Below are positions 41,555-54,489 of a DNA stretch of 64,000 nt, piece by piece; the stretch's first letter is position 1; each line of letters starts with the position of its first letter. The position numbers were made by a program, and so were the translations under genes. Under the pieces are notes generated by a model. The model did not search any database. It saw only the letters and a program-made list of their open reading frames with translations, and had not been told where the DNA came from. The DNA is from Octopus sinensis (lineage: Eukaryota): the NCBI RefSeq assembly GCF_006345805.1, contig NC_043002.1, forward strand, positions 60,822,001 through 60,886,000. The letters are read 5' to 3'.

Positions 41555-41731
41555 GTATATATATATATATATATTTGCATATATATATATATATAATGCA
41601 TATATATATGTATATATATGCATATATATATACATGCATATATATATAATATATATATGTTCATGCATATATATGTGTGTGTATATATATGTGTATATAT
41701 ATATATATATGTGTGTATCTATATATATATA

Positions 41732-41775
<44 letters not shown>

Positions 41776-42349
41776 CTCTAAGCCGTAAGAAACATTTATA
41801 GATAAATCTTCAATAAAAATTGCATATTATTTTCAGAACCATTCTCTGGCTCTTCGCTTTTATCATTTGTAATGTTATTTATAGCAGAATCTAATCTGAA
41901 ACCTTGCTCAGAGGCTACTATATAGAGATCTATTTAATTAAGCCCCTACATCTACTCCAGATCCCTCTGGATTGCTTCCGTATGTTATTTACATATTTTC
42001 GATTGGCAAATTGTACGTGCAATTGTATAGAGTATTCGGTAAAAATTATATATTTGTCTTCCATAATTTATCTTACATCCGACTGTTATGCACGACACTA
42101 CGCGGTATTATGCTTAAGTTAAAGACAGGTACACACAATGCAAATGTTAATAGGTTTGGCATTAGATAGATACAATAATGGGTTGACATATTTGCAACAA
42201 TTAATCTTACCTAAAGAATTTAGCTACTATTTGCATCAGATCATGAGACCTCTTACAGGCGTTCTTGTTGACTCTTATGTTCCACAAATACTATGGAACG
42301 AAGTCGGTAGGCTACAAACCTCTCTCTAGTCACACCACACAATGTTAAA

Positions 42350-42886
42350 AAGTAAAAAAAAGAAAAAGAGAAAGATTATTCGCAAGAAGAAGAAGAGAAG
42401 AAGAAGAAGAAGAAGAAGAAGGATGAGAAGGAGGAGGAACAGAAGAAGGAAAAGAAGTGGAAGTAGAAGAAGGAAAAGAAGAGGGAAAGAGGAAGGAGAG
42501 AAGAGAAGAAGAAGAAGAAGAAGAAGGAGAGGAAGAAGGAGAAGAAGAAGAAGAAAAAGAAGAAGAAGAAGAAGAAGAAGAAGGATGAGAAGGAGGAGGA
42601 ACAGAAGAAGGAAAAGAAGAGGAAGTAGAAGAAGAAGGAAAAGAAAGGGAAAAGAGGAAGGAGAAGAAGAGAAGAAGAAGAAGAAGAAGAAGGAGAGGAA
42701 GAAGAAGAAGAAGAAGAAGAAGAAGGAGAAGGAGAAGGAGAAGGAGGAGGAACAGAAGAAGGAACAGAAGAAGAAGAAGAAGAAGAAGAAGAAGGAAAAG
42801 AAGAGGGAAAAGAGGAAGGAGGAGGAAGAGGAGAAGAAGAAGAAGAAGAAGAAGAAGAAGAAGAAGAAGAAGAGGAAGAGGAAGAT
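42350..42886 (+). repeat. Polypurine (GAA/GGA) tract with about 160-bp higher-order duplication
   Basis: GGATGAGAAGGAGGAGGAACAGAAGAAGGAAAAGAAG at 42421 and 42583, partial third copy near 42739. Confidence 0.9.
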
Positions 42887-42889
42887 TGC

Positions 42890-43450
42890 CATTGATAGGT
42901 GGCGAGGTATTTGTCTCTGTATTTTACTTGCCATTCCGAGAGTTTTGACTGGCAGTGCTCCAAAGACTGGGCTTGATTGTATTTTCAATGTTTGCAGTCA
43001 CCTTCCTTGTAGTCTTTCCACTAATTCCGAGCATTCACTTCAGAGTTTTACTCTGACAAACACTGAAGTTAGATCTTCTGCTTCTTCCCATGCTATGTAC
43101 CAACAATCCCATGCTCTTTATCTCGGAGCCTTACGGTTTGGTCACGAGTTCGAGACATTCCGATAGCATCAGGATTTGCAAATAAATTTTGACCATCCTT
43201 TCGTTATCCTACTTTGATTGTTCTTCCAGATTGCTTTGCAAAAGTCATGACTTGTCATGGATGTACATAGCTTCCAATATGTCTTATCTTAACTCTTGTG
43301 TTTCTTTGACCCAGCACCAGAACAGAAATGTTAGAGGTAAGTCTGACGATTTCAGTTTTTTTCAAAGTACGGCAGATAGTGCTCTAAATGTTGCCTTTTC
43401 CAAATGTAACAGTTTCACTCGATGTATTCTAGAGATATGGTTGTACTACT
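42890..43450 (-). mobile_element. Highly degenerate LINE RT-thumb remnant (possibly RTE)
   Basis: Fragmentary minus-strand peptides such as IWKNNQSRITK and MLGISGK; many stops. Confidence 0.3.
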
Positions 43451-44099
43451 TGATGTGAAACTCCAGTTAGCTTCCGTCGTCTGGAAGGCAGAGATATAAA
43501 AATTTTCGTTTTTGTTCTTTCTGTGGTAGAGAAATGTGCTCGCTCGAAACTTCGAAATAGTAAGAACCAAATGTCATTCAAACCAAATATGTTCCATTGT
43601 TTTATAAATCGAAGGAAATTGGAAAATATATTGAAAGACATTTAAAAATTGGGATAACAATTACAAATTTTTGTCTCCATGATTTCGAATTTTTAAATCC
43701 TTGACCCTTGCTTCCAGTATTTTCGTATACCGACACCCGAGCAAAAAGAATAGGGAATGCTTAGCACAGATTTCTCAAACTGACGAATAATATTCCTCTG
43801 TCAGGTAACTATTAAATAATGTCTCACCCATTCTCCCTCTTTATTTACGTGAAAAGAAGATAAGAGCAGAAAATGCACGTCTACTCCTCAAAGAATACAA
43901 TGGAAAACGCTCTGTGAAGTCGTTTATAGCTAAAGCTGAAGTAACCGGCTGATATAAGACATTTAGGCAAGGCAGAATTCCTTTAAGACAGCTATTCTGC
44001 CTTTCTCCCTATTCCCTCGAATCCTAAATTTCTCCCAGCCTGTAATCATTTTCGTCGTTAATGAAATGTCTCACTCCATAAAATCTTTAAAAAGTTGTG

Positions 44100-44720
44100 C
44101 TTAGGATTTCTAAAACGAACGAATGTTATACATGATTACCAATTGCTAAAAATTTTGAAGACCTTTGCATTAGATAACCAAGTGTGAAAAAGACGCTTGA
44201 GGCATTTTAAATAACCAAGCGCTAAAGATGATCAAAATCCCCCGACTCCATTAAAAAAAAAAAACACTTGTTAAAGCGAAACTACCAAGCACGGACTCAA
44301 CTCCAACAGTTAAAATTTTGTGACCGACATAACTGCGTAAATTGAGACAACTTTATTGAGGACACATATAATCTTTAAACTGAGACAATATTTTACTGTA
44401 AAAAAAATCTATTTAACTTATTCTCCAAGACATGTAATGTATGACATCAAATGCAACTGATACAGCGATGATTAAATTGGACAAACAAAATTCACTTAAA
44501 ACTGAGATTAACAATTCATCATTTAACATTTAACATTAAATACAATACGAGATCCTGCGACAAATTCCACTCAGGGAGCATTTGGACGTATGCACAAAAC
44601 CCAAATCTCCCAAATTTCTTGTTTCTTCATTTTAACAATGTTCAAACAATACCACAGATCAAACACGACTAGGTAAGGGGACTTCATTTATCAAAATACA
44701 CAAACCACGGCTGAACAGGC
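44100..44720 (+). mobile_element. Penelope-like GIY-YIG endonuclease remnant
   Basis: Broken translation: AKLPSTDSTPTVK..RHNCV..SPRHVMYDIKC..IGQT..RQIPLREHLDVC..PKFLV..FIKIHKPRLN; colinear with the 63245-63708 ORFs. Confidence 0.65.
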
Positions 44721-45569
44721 TATAAAAATATATGATTAGACTTTTACTCTGAATCTATTATTGGGTCAGTATATTATGTCTGCTCGACTTACCCTTATCC
44801 TTAAGGAAACCAAAATTCATGTAGCAACTATAATATATCTTATTTACTCCACACATTGTTATCTTACCCGGCACCTGGTCAATAAAAAAGGGATTTCTTT
44901 AACATGTCAATAAAACATTTCTTTAACATGTCAATAAAAATGGGATATCTTTAACATTGGGTGTTACCTCGCACTAATAGATAATACTTTTATTTATACT
45001 GTACTATATTAAATCTATTATGTTATATTACAGTTATTAAATTAGTTACATTACATTATATCATATCCATTGTATTACATCTAAAAATAATTAGCTAATT
45101 CGATATTTTCTTTGATAGAGTAATGTACAATAACTATCTAAAACACGGTTATATAAAAATATTATTTGTTTTCTAATAAAAGTTAAGATACAGTTTTATT
45201 ACTCACGACGCAAAACGAGACAGAAAAACAATTAAACATCAGTTATTTATATCTCTCTTTTTCTAACAGTCATATCATATATCCAATGGGGGGAAAAAAC
45301 TTTCAAGGCACGTTTTTTTTTACGCAGCTATCACTTGACCTTACCACATGAAGGTAGACCAATCAATCTTTCCGTTAATGAATAGCGTTCAGAGCCATAT
45401 TCTTTCTTTAAAACTAACAATCTTCACTACAACTGCCGTAAAACACGCAATATGAGACACAAGTCCACGAATATATATATTTAAAAATTAAATGTGAAAA
45501 CCGTCAAGGATATAGATATGTTAACACTTCAATATATTCTCGCATATTCTCTATACATTTCCAACTTCA

Positions 45570-45664
<95 letters not shown>

Positions 45665-46234
45665 GTGTGTGTGCGTGTGTGTACGTGTATTTATATATCC
45701 AAGGCAGAAATATGGCGACAAACTATACAAATGAATGAATAAGAATGAATAAGAATACTGAAATGCCTCGCTACACAAACATGAAAATATCAGAAATGCT
45801 AACCAGAAATAAGAAAATGTTTTTAAAACTACACAACAGTGTTTTCCATTGAAAAATTATTAGAATTATTATCAAAATAGCTTAAACAGAAACACATTTG
45901 TAAGAAGGTTGGAAAATCAGATATATTTGAGAAAAATACTTCAAATACATCAAGAGAATAAAAATATATGAATTAGAAAATAAACAAAAATATCTCAAAC
46001 AATTGAATCTACTCTTGCTTAACAAGAAATATATAGAAATGCAAGTGAAGAGTGTAAATTAACATGAAAGCGATATGTAGGTTGAAATATTTCAAGAGAA
46101 TGATTCAGAAATCTAAATAGTGAAACGTAGAGATTGGAGAAGTAATACCGGGAAATGGAAATAGTGTTTTAGTTGGGTGAGGGAAAATCGAGAAATATGG
46201 GGTAAAATATAAGTACCTAAACGTTCCAAGGTCA

Positions 46235-46565
46235 CATGCGGAGAACTGGTACTCCGTCAGTTACGAGGATGGCCGTTCCAGATGATCCGATCAACGGAAC
46301 AGCTTGCTCGTGACATTCACGTGTGAGTGGCTGAGGACTCCAACAACATACCTTTAACGATGTTCTCGGGATGATCCAGCGTGAGGCAGGATGTGATAAG
46401 GGTAGCGCTTTGAAATACAGGTACAACTCGTTTTCGCCAGCTGAGTGGACTGGAACAACGGGAAATAAAGTGCCTTGCTCAAGGACACAATGCGCCGCCG
46501 GGAATCGAGCTGACAACCTTACGATCGTGAGTCGAATACCCTAATCACTAGGCCATACGCCCTCG
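46235..46565 (-). mobile_element. SINE family C, full length (head H2 plus tail T2)
   Basis: Minus strand GGCGTATGGCCTAGTGATTAGG (A box), GCTCGATTCCCGG (B box), GTGTCCTTGAGCAAGGCACTTT, tail CACGAGCAAGCTGTTCCGTTGATCGG..GTAACTGACGGAGT. Confidence 0.8.
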
Positions 46566-46904
46566 CCACACGAATACATCTTACTCACTCTCTCTTTCTT
46601 TCTCTCTCTCTATATATATATATCTATTTATCTATCTACCTACTTAACTATCTACTTGTCTGTCTATCTGTTAATCCGTTGTCAGTCACTCTCTTTCTCT
46701 CTCTCTCTCTCTCTCTCAAGGCCAGCAATTTTGAGGAGCGCATAAGACGATTGTATCGACTCCAACAAGATGAAAGGCGAAGGCGACCTCTTTGGCATTT
46801 GAACTCTGAACTTGAAGACAGGTCAATGATTCTAAGCATTTCGTCCGGCGTCCTAACGCTTGTGTCACCTCACCGCCTCACTGTTATTCAATATTGCAGA
46901 ATCC

Positions 46905-47692
46905 TTAATATGCAGGAAAAATGCGTAGCGGCAATTCGTTCGTCTTTGTGTTCTGAGTTCGACTTTGCCCTTCATCGTTACGGTATCGATAAAAAAAGTA
47001 GCAGGTAGCAATGGAAAGGATCTAATTAACATACCCCTTCCTCGAAATGACGGGCCCTGTACCAAAGTTTGAAACCCATGTTATCAATTAGACACCCAGA
47101 AGGCGGCGAGCTGGCAGAAGCGTTAGCACGCCGGGCGGAATGCGTAGCCGTATTTCGTCTGCCGCTACGTTCTGAGTTCAAATTCCGCCGAGGTCAACTT
47201 TGCCTTTCATCCTTTCGGGATCGATAAATTAAGTACCAGTTACGCACTGGGGTCGATATAATCGACCTAATCCGTTTGTCTGTCCTTGTTTGTCCTCTCA
47301 GTGTTTAGCCCCTTGTGGGTAGTAAAGAAATAGGTATTTCGTCTGTCGTTACATTGTGATTTCAAATTCCGCCGAAGTCGATTGTGCCTTTCATCCTTTC
47401 AGGGTCGATAAATTAAGTAGCAGTTTCGTGCTGGTGTCGATATCATTGACTGGCATCCTTCCCAAAAATTTCGTGCTTTGTGCCTTGAACAAAAAAGAAT
47501 CGTTAGCACGCCGGGCGAAATACTTAGCGGCATTTCGTCAGTCTCTACGTTCGGAGTTCAAATACCGCCGAGGTTGACTTTACCTTTCATCATTTCGGGG
47601 TTGATATATTAAGTACCAGTCAAACACTGGGGTCGATGTAATCGACTAGTGTCCTCTTCCCAAATTTCAGGCTTTGTGCCTTTAGTGGAGAG
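46905..47692 (+). mobile_element. Head-to-tail array of four family B SINE units
   Basis: Units at about 46905 (partial), 47102 (complete; GGCGG..CCGCC acceptor-like pairing, GCT..AGC D-arm-like), 47340 (partial) and 47495. Confidence 0.8.
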
Positions 47693-47849
47693 GATTAATT
47701 AGGCGCCCAGTGAAAGCGACAAGTTATAAAATGAGCGATACAGAGAAAAATTATAACACTTCTGACATAATCCTTCGTCAGATATTTTAAAATTGTCCAA
47801 GGAGAGACAAGGAAGGAGTAATTTTATTGCAGCTCATGATCGTATTTTC

Positions 47850-48105
47850 GTGAGATCAGTTCCCGGCGTCGCATTATGTTCTTCAGCAAGACACTTTATT
47901 TCACGTTGCTTCAGTCCACTCGGCTGGCAAAAATGAGCAGCACCTTTATTTCAAAGGGCCGGCCTTGTCACACTCTGAGAACTTCATTAAGGGTGCACGT
48001 GTCTGTGGAGTGCTCAGCCACTTGCACGTTAACTTCACGAGCAAGCTGTTCCGTTGATCGTATCAGCTGGGACCCTCATCCTCGTAACCGAGGGAGTACT
48101 CCTTT
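47850..48105 (+). mobile_element. SINE family C (head H2 plus tail T2)
   Basis: Colinear with the reverse complement of 46235-46565. Confidence 0.8.
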
Positions 48106-49399
48106 AAAAAAGAGTGTTTGCATCATTCTTCATGTTAACTCCTTCAAATTACAGAAATAGCATAAAGCTTCCCCTCCAAGAAACGAACAAAGAAACCAGT
48201 CTCTTTAAATAAGTTGTGTATGTTACGCTATATCGCTCTAACGAGCGCTATTCGTAAGTGAGAGTGAGGTGTACTTTAGTTTTATTTAAAGAGGTTTCTA
48301 GATGGATTTGGATACAAAATAACACAACGTACAATATATTGATAGTATAATAACAATATTTCGTCAAGAAAAAATATATTGTACAGCCTGCAATAAAATT
48401 ACTCATATATTGGTAATTTACCAAATATACTGGCCAATTATTGAAATACATAAAAGTACGTTATTGTCTTATGGTCTGGTTCGCTTAGTGTGTCTCTTGG
48501 TGTTCGTTTGTGCTTCAGCATGTATTTGTGTGTGCGTGCTTGTGTGTGTGTATGTGTGTGTGTGTGTGTGTGTGTGCGTCAATGTGTGTGGGAAGAGAAA
48601 GAGACACACACACAATGAGAGAGAGAGATAAAGTGAGTGAGATAGAAAGAGAGTGAGAGACATAGAGAGATGGATAGAGCGAGAGAGAGATTGACAGAGT
48701 GTCCTGGTACGGGATTCACTGTAGACGGTAGGTATTTATATTCATGTATTGAGCTTTAGGTAACGTAACGTATATTTACGCTGTATTACACAGCTGAATA
48801 TCATTTGACAGAAAATTAGATATGTACAATAAGTCGGTTCTTTGCCGTGTTAGACGCTCTGTTATGGCTACAAGAAACTAATTTGCACTGAAACAAGTCG
48901 CTTGTGAGACCTTGTCTACAAGGTATAATGCTTTATATAGTCATTAATTTTTTTTCAATCATACATTTGCCGCCCGTCTCATTGTGGTTATTGTTTACAC
49001 GTAAAGATTACATTTTTTTTTCTTTTTTCGTTTCTCTCTTTGTACTTTAACATTTTCCCAGCTGACCAATGTTCTTCGTCCAGTTACGGACTGGAAGCTG
49101 TTTTATGTGATTTCGTAACAGGAGTTAATGGTTATAGAGTCACCGGGAATATGTGCATTCGATTCCCCATTGACTACTTACATTCTTTCTTTTCTTTCGT
49201 TTTCGCGAACCCTTGGTCATATAAGACTGGCTGCCGGTTTCAATGTCGTACAAGCGACCGAGATCACAGCATTATCCGTGAACTGAGTACCGGGAAGTTG
49301 TTGGGTTCTGGGACAGCAGTTTTCGGAGGAAGATGGCAAAATAATAACACCAAGGCCAGTACTTTAGCGGTACATATCTTGTATCATCCCCATAAAAAT

Positions 49400-49655
49400 G
49401 TAAGGCACTGTTGACCCTTGCGAGATTTGAACACGAAACATGAAGAGCCAGAACAAATTGTCCGACGTCATAACGGCTCCGCCAGCTCACCACATTCATA
49501 ATAATAATGATGATTAACTGGTATTTAATTGATCGACCTCGAAAGATGACGATGAAAGACAAAGTTGCCTAAGACGTAATTTGAACTGGAAACTTGAACA
49601 CGAAAAACATGCCGCTAAACATTTTCTCCCGCTTGATAAACATTTTGCTATCTCA
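49400..49655 (-). mobile_element. Two degenerate family B SINE units
   Basis: CCGCCAGCTCACC (head, reverse complement) at about 49478-49491 and a second body ATCGACC..ATGAAAGACAAAGTTG..AATTTGAACT. Confidence 0.6.
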
Positions 49656-49659
49656 TTTA

Positions 49660-49660
49660 T

Positions 49661-49710
<50 letters not shown>

Positions 49711-49715
49711 TAATA

Positions 49716-49765
<50 letters not shown>

Positions 49766-49784
49766 AATAATAATAATAATGATA

Positions 49785-49861
<77 letters not shown>
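49660..49861 (+). repeat. (AAT)n/(GAT)n microsatellite: left flank and presumed target of the R4/Dong-like element
   Basis: Read directly. Confidence 0.95.
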
Positions 49862-49864
<3 letters not shown>

Positions 49865-51862
49865 CTGTTCCCAGAAGAGCAGAAAGGGTGCCGCAAAGGC
49901 TCATATGGCTGTAAAGATCAACTAATGATTAATAAAGCCGTAACTGAAGACAGCCACAGAAAGAAGAAAGGCCTCAGTATGGCCTGGATTGACTACAAAA
50001 AGGCGTTTGATAGCATCCCCCACACATGGATCCTTGAAACACTAGCCATTAACAAAGTAGCACCAACAATCATAAAATTCATAGAGCACTCTATGAATAA
50101 ATGGCAAACAGTCCTACATCTCCAAACAAAAGAGGGACTCATGAAAACCAAAGACATCCCCATCAGAAGAGGAATATTCCAGGGAGACACGCTCTCTCCA
50201 CTCCTTTTCTGCTTGGCACTGTCACCTCTATCTGATATGCTAAATAGAACTGGATGCGGATATAAATGTTACGGCAAAACGATCAGCCACCTTTTATATA
50301 TGGATGACCTAAAACTATACGCTGCAAATGACAAACAGCTGGAAACACTATTAAAGACAGTTCATGGATTTACCAAAGAAATAGATATGAAATTTGGATT
50401 AGAAAAATGCGCCAAAGTAACCATGAAAAGAGGAAAACTAGTTAAAAGTAACAACATCACACTAGATAAAACCAATGAAATAAAAGAATTAGACCAAAGC
50501 CAAACTTACAAATACTTAGGAATCCATGAACTAGATAAGACACAACACACACAAATGAAAGAGAAAATAAAAAAAGAATATTATAGACGAGTTAGATCAA
50601 TACTAAAAACAGAGCTCAATGCTAAAAACAAGATAATAGGTATCAACACTTTAGCTGTCCCAGTTATAAGTTACAGCTACAATATCCTTAACTGGACACG
50701 AAATGAACTGTCCAAAATAGATAGGAAAACAAGAAAAATACTGACAGGATCTAGGATGCATCACCCAAAATCTGACATAGAAAGACTATATATACAACGT
50801 ATAGAAGGTGGTAGAGGCCTTATACAGCTGGAAAACTACTATAAAATAACCACCATAGGACTGCAAAAATACCTACTTCAGAAGGAAGGAAAACTGATCC
50901 AGATAGCAGCAAAACACGAGCAAAACAAAAAACTGTTCTCAGTATTTAAGGAAGCTGACAAATACAAACAAGAAATCATACCACCTAATAAACACGAAGA
51001 AGAAGAAGAAGAAGATGATGAAGAAACAACAAAAGCTATAAAACAAATGAAATCCAAACTAAAAATAGAACAGCAACGAACCATGATAAAACGATGGCAA
51101 GAAAAGCAACTTCATGGTAAGTACTGCACTAAACTAAACGCAAAAGAAATAGACAAAGAAAGATCCCAGCAATGGTTGAGAAGCTCAGGATTCAAAGCAG
51201 AAACAGAGGGATTTTTAATTGCAGCACAAGACCAAAGCCTCCCCACCAGAAATTACCAAAAACATGTAATGAAAAGAAATATTACAAGTAACTGCAGAAT
51301 ATGTGGAGATGGACAAGAAACAATAAATCATATTATCTCTAGCTGCCCAGTCCTGGCTAAGAAGGAATATATTCACAGACATGACAGAGTTGGAACCTAC
51401 ATACATTGGAAGCTATGCCAACATTATGGAATAACAACAGAAAAAAGATGGTATAGGCACACACCAGAAAAGGTCACAGAAAACGAGAAAGCAACCATAC
51501 TCTGGGATATGCCGATACACACAGATACAGAAATTAAGGCCAACAGACCAGATATAGTTGTCAGAGATCATGAAGAAAAAAAATGCTTTCTAATTGATGT
51601 ATCAATACCGGCAGATGACAACGTGTCTCTAAAAGAAATGGAGAAACTCTCAAAATACAAAGACCTGGAAATAGAGGTAACTAGAATGTGGAACCTGAAA
51701 ACAGAAACAATTCCTATCATAGTAGGTGCATTAGGCATGATAAAAAAATATTCAGACAAATACATAACAAAAACACCAGGACTTACAAACACATATAACA
51801 TACAGAAAATTGCACTACTAGGCACTGCACACATCCTACGCAGAACACTTTCCATACAATAA
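49862..51862 (+). CDS. Stop-free partial ORF: reverse transcriptase, CCHC knuckle, restriction-like endonuclease
   Basis: [16 protein letters not shown] upstream of the first ATG (49925), [75 protein letters not shown]. The N-terminus is missing. Confidence 0.88.
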
Positions 51863-51960
51863 CCATCAGAGCATCACAACAAATCACAGCACATACCCAA
51901 GGCACACAGAGCTGCGCTCGGTAGTGAAGTGAAAGCACGCTATAAAAATAAAACTACTGA
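49862..51960 (+). mobile_element. R4/Dong-like RLE non-LTR retrotransposon, copy E1, 5'-truncated
   Basis: RT, CCHC and RLE ORF, about 100-nt 3' UTR, (TAA)n on both sides. R4-clade Dong elements are known to target TAA microsatellites. Confidence 0.88.
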
Positions 51961-51983
51961 ATAATAATAATAATAATAATAAT

Positions 51984-53956
51984 GAACAAAAAGGGTGCCG
52001 CCGAGGCTCATACGGATGCAAAGATCAACTTCTAATCAATCGTATGATCCTTGAGAACTGTCACAACAAGCGCAGAAATCTCAGCACCGCATGGATTGAC
52101 TATAAAAAGGCCTTCGACAGTATACCGCATCCATGGATCTTGAGATCGCTGGACATCTTCAAAATTTCCCCTGTGATTTCAAACTTCCTGAAGCACAATA
52201 TGTCGTTGTGGAATACGAATCTCCAATTATACCACTCTAATGGAGTACTTGCCTCAGAAAATATAAACATCAACTGTGGAATTTTTCAAGGTGACTCACT
52301 TTCACCTTTAATATTCTGCATAGCCCTAATACCCCTTACAAGTGAATTAAACAGAACAGGGTATGGGTATAAAATTGCCAATAATAAAATAAGCCAACTA
52401 TTTTATATGGATGACTTAAAACTTTATGGTAAAGACAATAATAAACTTGAAGGCCTATTGTGCACTGTGAACGCATTCAGCGATGACATCGGGATGGAGT
52501 TTGGACTTCAGAAGTGTGCCAAGGCCACTTTCCAGAAAGGGAAAGTGAAGACCACAAATTCAGTCGTGTTAGATGTTGACACAGTCATAAGAGAGCTTGA
52601 GCAAGAACAAACATACAAATATTTAGGGATACATGAAGGCTCTGGTATTCAGCATGCAACCATGAAAGAGAAGATCAGGAAGGAATGTTATAGGAGAGTT
52701 CGTGCAGTCCTGAAATCTGAACTAAATGCACGTAACAAGCTGTTAGCTATAAATTCCTTAGCAGTTCCAGTTGTTACTTATAGCTACAATGTGTTGAACT
52801 GGAATATGAGTGAAGTAAAGAATATAGATAGGAAAATACGCAAGCTGCTGAGTTGTAATAAGATGCACCACCCAAAGGCAGACGTTGATCGCCTTTACCT
52901 TCCCAGAGCCCAAGGAGGTCGAGGCCTGATCCAATTTGAACTAGCTTACAAAACAACCACAATTGGACTGGCCAAATATCTCGAAATATCGAATGACTGG
53001 ATGCTAAAGCTCGTGGAAACTCACGAGAGACGAAAGAAGCTTCATTCTATTATAAAGGAAAGCAAAAAATTTGCTATTGATCTCGTGCAGGATACACAAA
53101 CAGAACAACCCGAGGGAAGTACGGCAATTATTGTTGCAAAGAAGGTGAAAATAATGGCAACGAAAAAAGCGCACGAGCAATTGGCTGATAGGTGGAGGAG
53201 AAACCTCTGCACGGCAAATATGTGACCCGCAGCAAACAAGCTGATGTTGACCAGAAGCAAACCCATCAGTGGCTACGGAGCTCAGGGCTAAAAGCAGAGA
53301 GCGAAGGTTTCATCCTGGCTGCTCAAGATCAAAGCCTATTAACCCGGAACTACCAGGCCAATGTGATGAAAAATGGAGCAGACCCAAAATGCCGATTCTG
53401 CAACGACATGATTGAAACAGTGGACCACCTAATCTCTGGATGTAAAGTCTTAGCTCCAGTGGAGTATAAATTAAGACGTGACAGAGTTGGCCAATATCTA
53501 TACTGGCTAATAAGTCGGCATTACAATATCAAAACTGCCTACAAGTGGTATAATCACCACCCTGAGGCTGTAACTGAAGGAGAAAATGTAACCATTCTGT
53601 GGGACTTTCCAGTACATACAGACCGAACCATCAAGGCCAATAAACCAGATATTGTTGTGAAAGACCAAAACAATAAAGTTTGCTTATTGATCGACATGAG
53701 CATACCCTGTGATCATAATATCTCAGCGAAAGAGTTTGACAAGCTCAGAAAATATAAAGACCTACTCATTGAAATTGAGAAAAGGTGGCATCTCAAGGCG
53801 GTTACAATACCAGTGATCGTAGGAGCACTAGGAATGATCAAGAAGGGAACCGAAAATTATATGAGAATGATCCCTGGCTTACCATCCCTGCAAGAAGTGC
53901 AAAAGATTGTCTTAACTGGTACATCACACGTATTGAGAAGAGCATTGTCGATGTGA
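51984..53956 (+). pseudogene. RT-CCHC-RLE ORF with one frameshift
   Basis: ORFs 52044-53225 ([15 protein letters not shown]) and 53192-53956 (CRFCNDMIETVDHLISGC, KPDIVVKD..LIDMSIP..KY) join if one base is restored near 53194-53199 (W-E-E-K-P-L-H-G). Confidence 0.85.
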
Positions 53957-54126
53957 GAACTGTTGCTGCTCATGTATTTTAATATAACTTGAAAAAAAAA
54001 TTTAAAAAAATGAACGAACTATTGAGTTTGGTTTAATGGCCTACCAATGTATACTATGAGTTTCTTTGCCCTAGGAGTCGGGAAGACACTCGGCAAGAAA
54101 TGGAAGCAAATTTGAAAGAAAAAAAA

Positions 54127-54127
<1 letters not shown>
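51984..54127 (+). mobile_element. R4/Dong-like RLE non-LTR retrotransposon, copy E2 (different subfamily), 5'-truncated
   Basis: Same domain order as E1 with clearly diverged sequence and a different 3' UTR; (AAT)n at 51960-51983 and 54128-54222. Confidence 0.88.
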
Positions 54128-54207
<80 letters not shown>

Positions 54208-54225
54208 TAATAATAATAATAATCT

Positions 54226-54415
54226 TTTCTACTGGAAGCAGAAGGCCTCAAATTTGTGGGAAGGGATTAAATCGATTTCATCGACCCTATGACGTAACTG
54301 GTACTTATTCAATCGACCCCGAAAGAATGAAAGGCAAAGTCGACCCGCGCGGAATTTGAACTCAGAACGCTAAGTATTTCGCCCGACGTGCTAATGATTC
54401 TGCCTCTTCACCGCC

Positions 54416-54418
<3 letters not shown>
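54226..54418 (-). mobile_element. SINE family B, full unit, whose (ATT)n tail is the (AAT)n tract after E2
   Basis: Minus-strand head GGCGGTGAAGAGGCAGAATCATTAGC, GAGTTCAAATTCCG, tail GGCCTTCTGCTTCCAGTAGAAAAG followed by ATT repeats. Confidence 0.8.
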
Positions 54419-54450
<32 letters not shown>

Positions 54451-54456
54451 TATAAT

Positions 54457-54489
<33 letters not shown>

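Noticed and set aside
47102-47190. tRNA gene (also at other SINE heads)
   Set aside because: A/B boxes and partial arms are present, but each runs into a SINE body and lacks a proper anticodon arm.
37160-47692. CRISPR-like repeat-spacer arrays
   Set aside because: The repeated units are diverged SINEs of about 200 bp in a eukaryotic context; there are no short identical repeats and no cas genes.
47750-47790. Minus-strand CTGACGA..GAAG, and CTGATAA..GAGA at about 59510-59545, as hammerheads
   Set aside because: The GAAA element is mutated and the stems are poor; at most old remnants.
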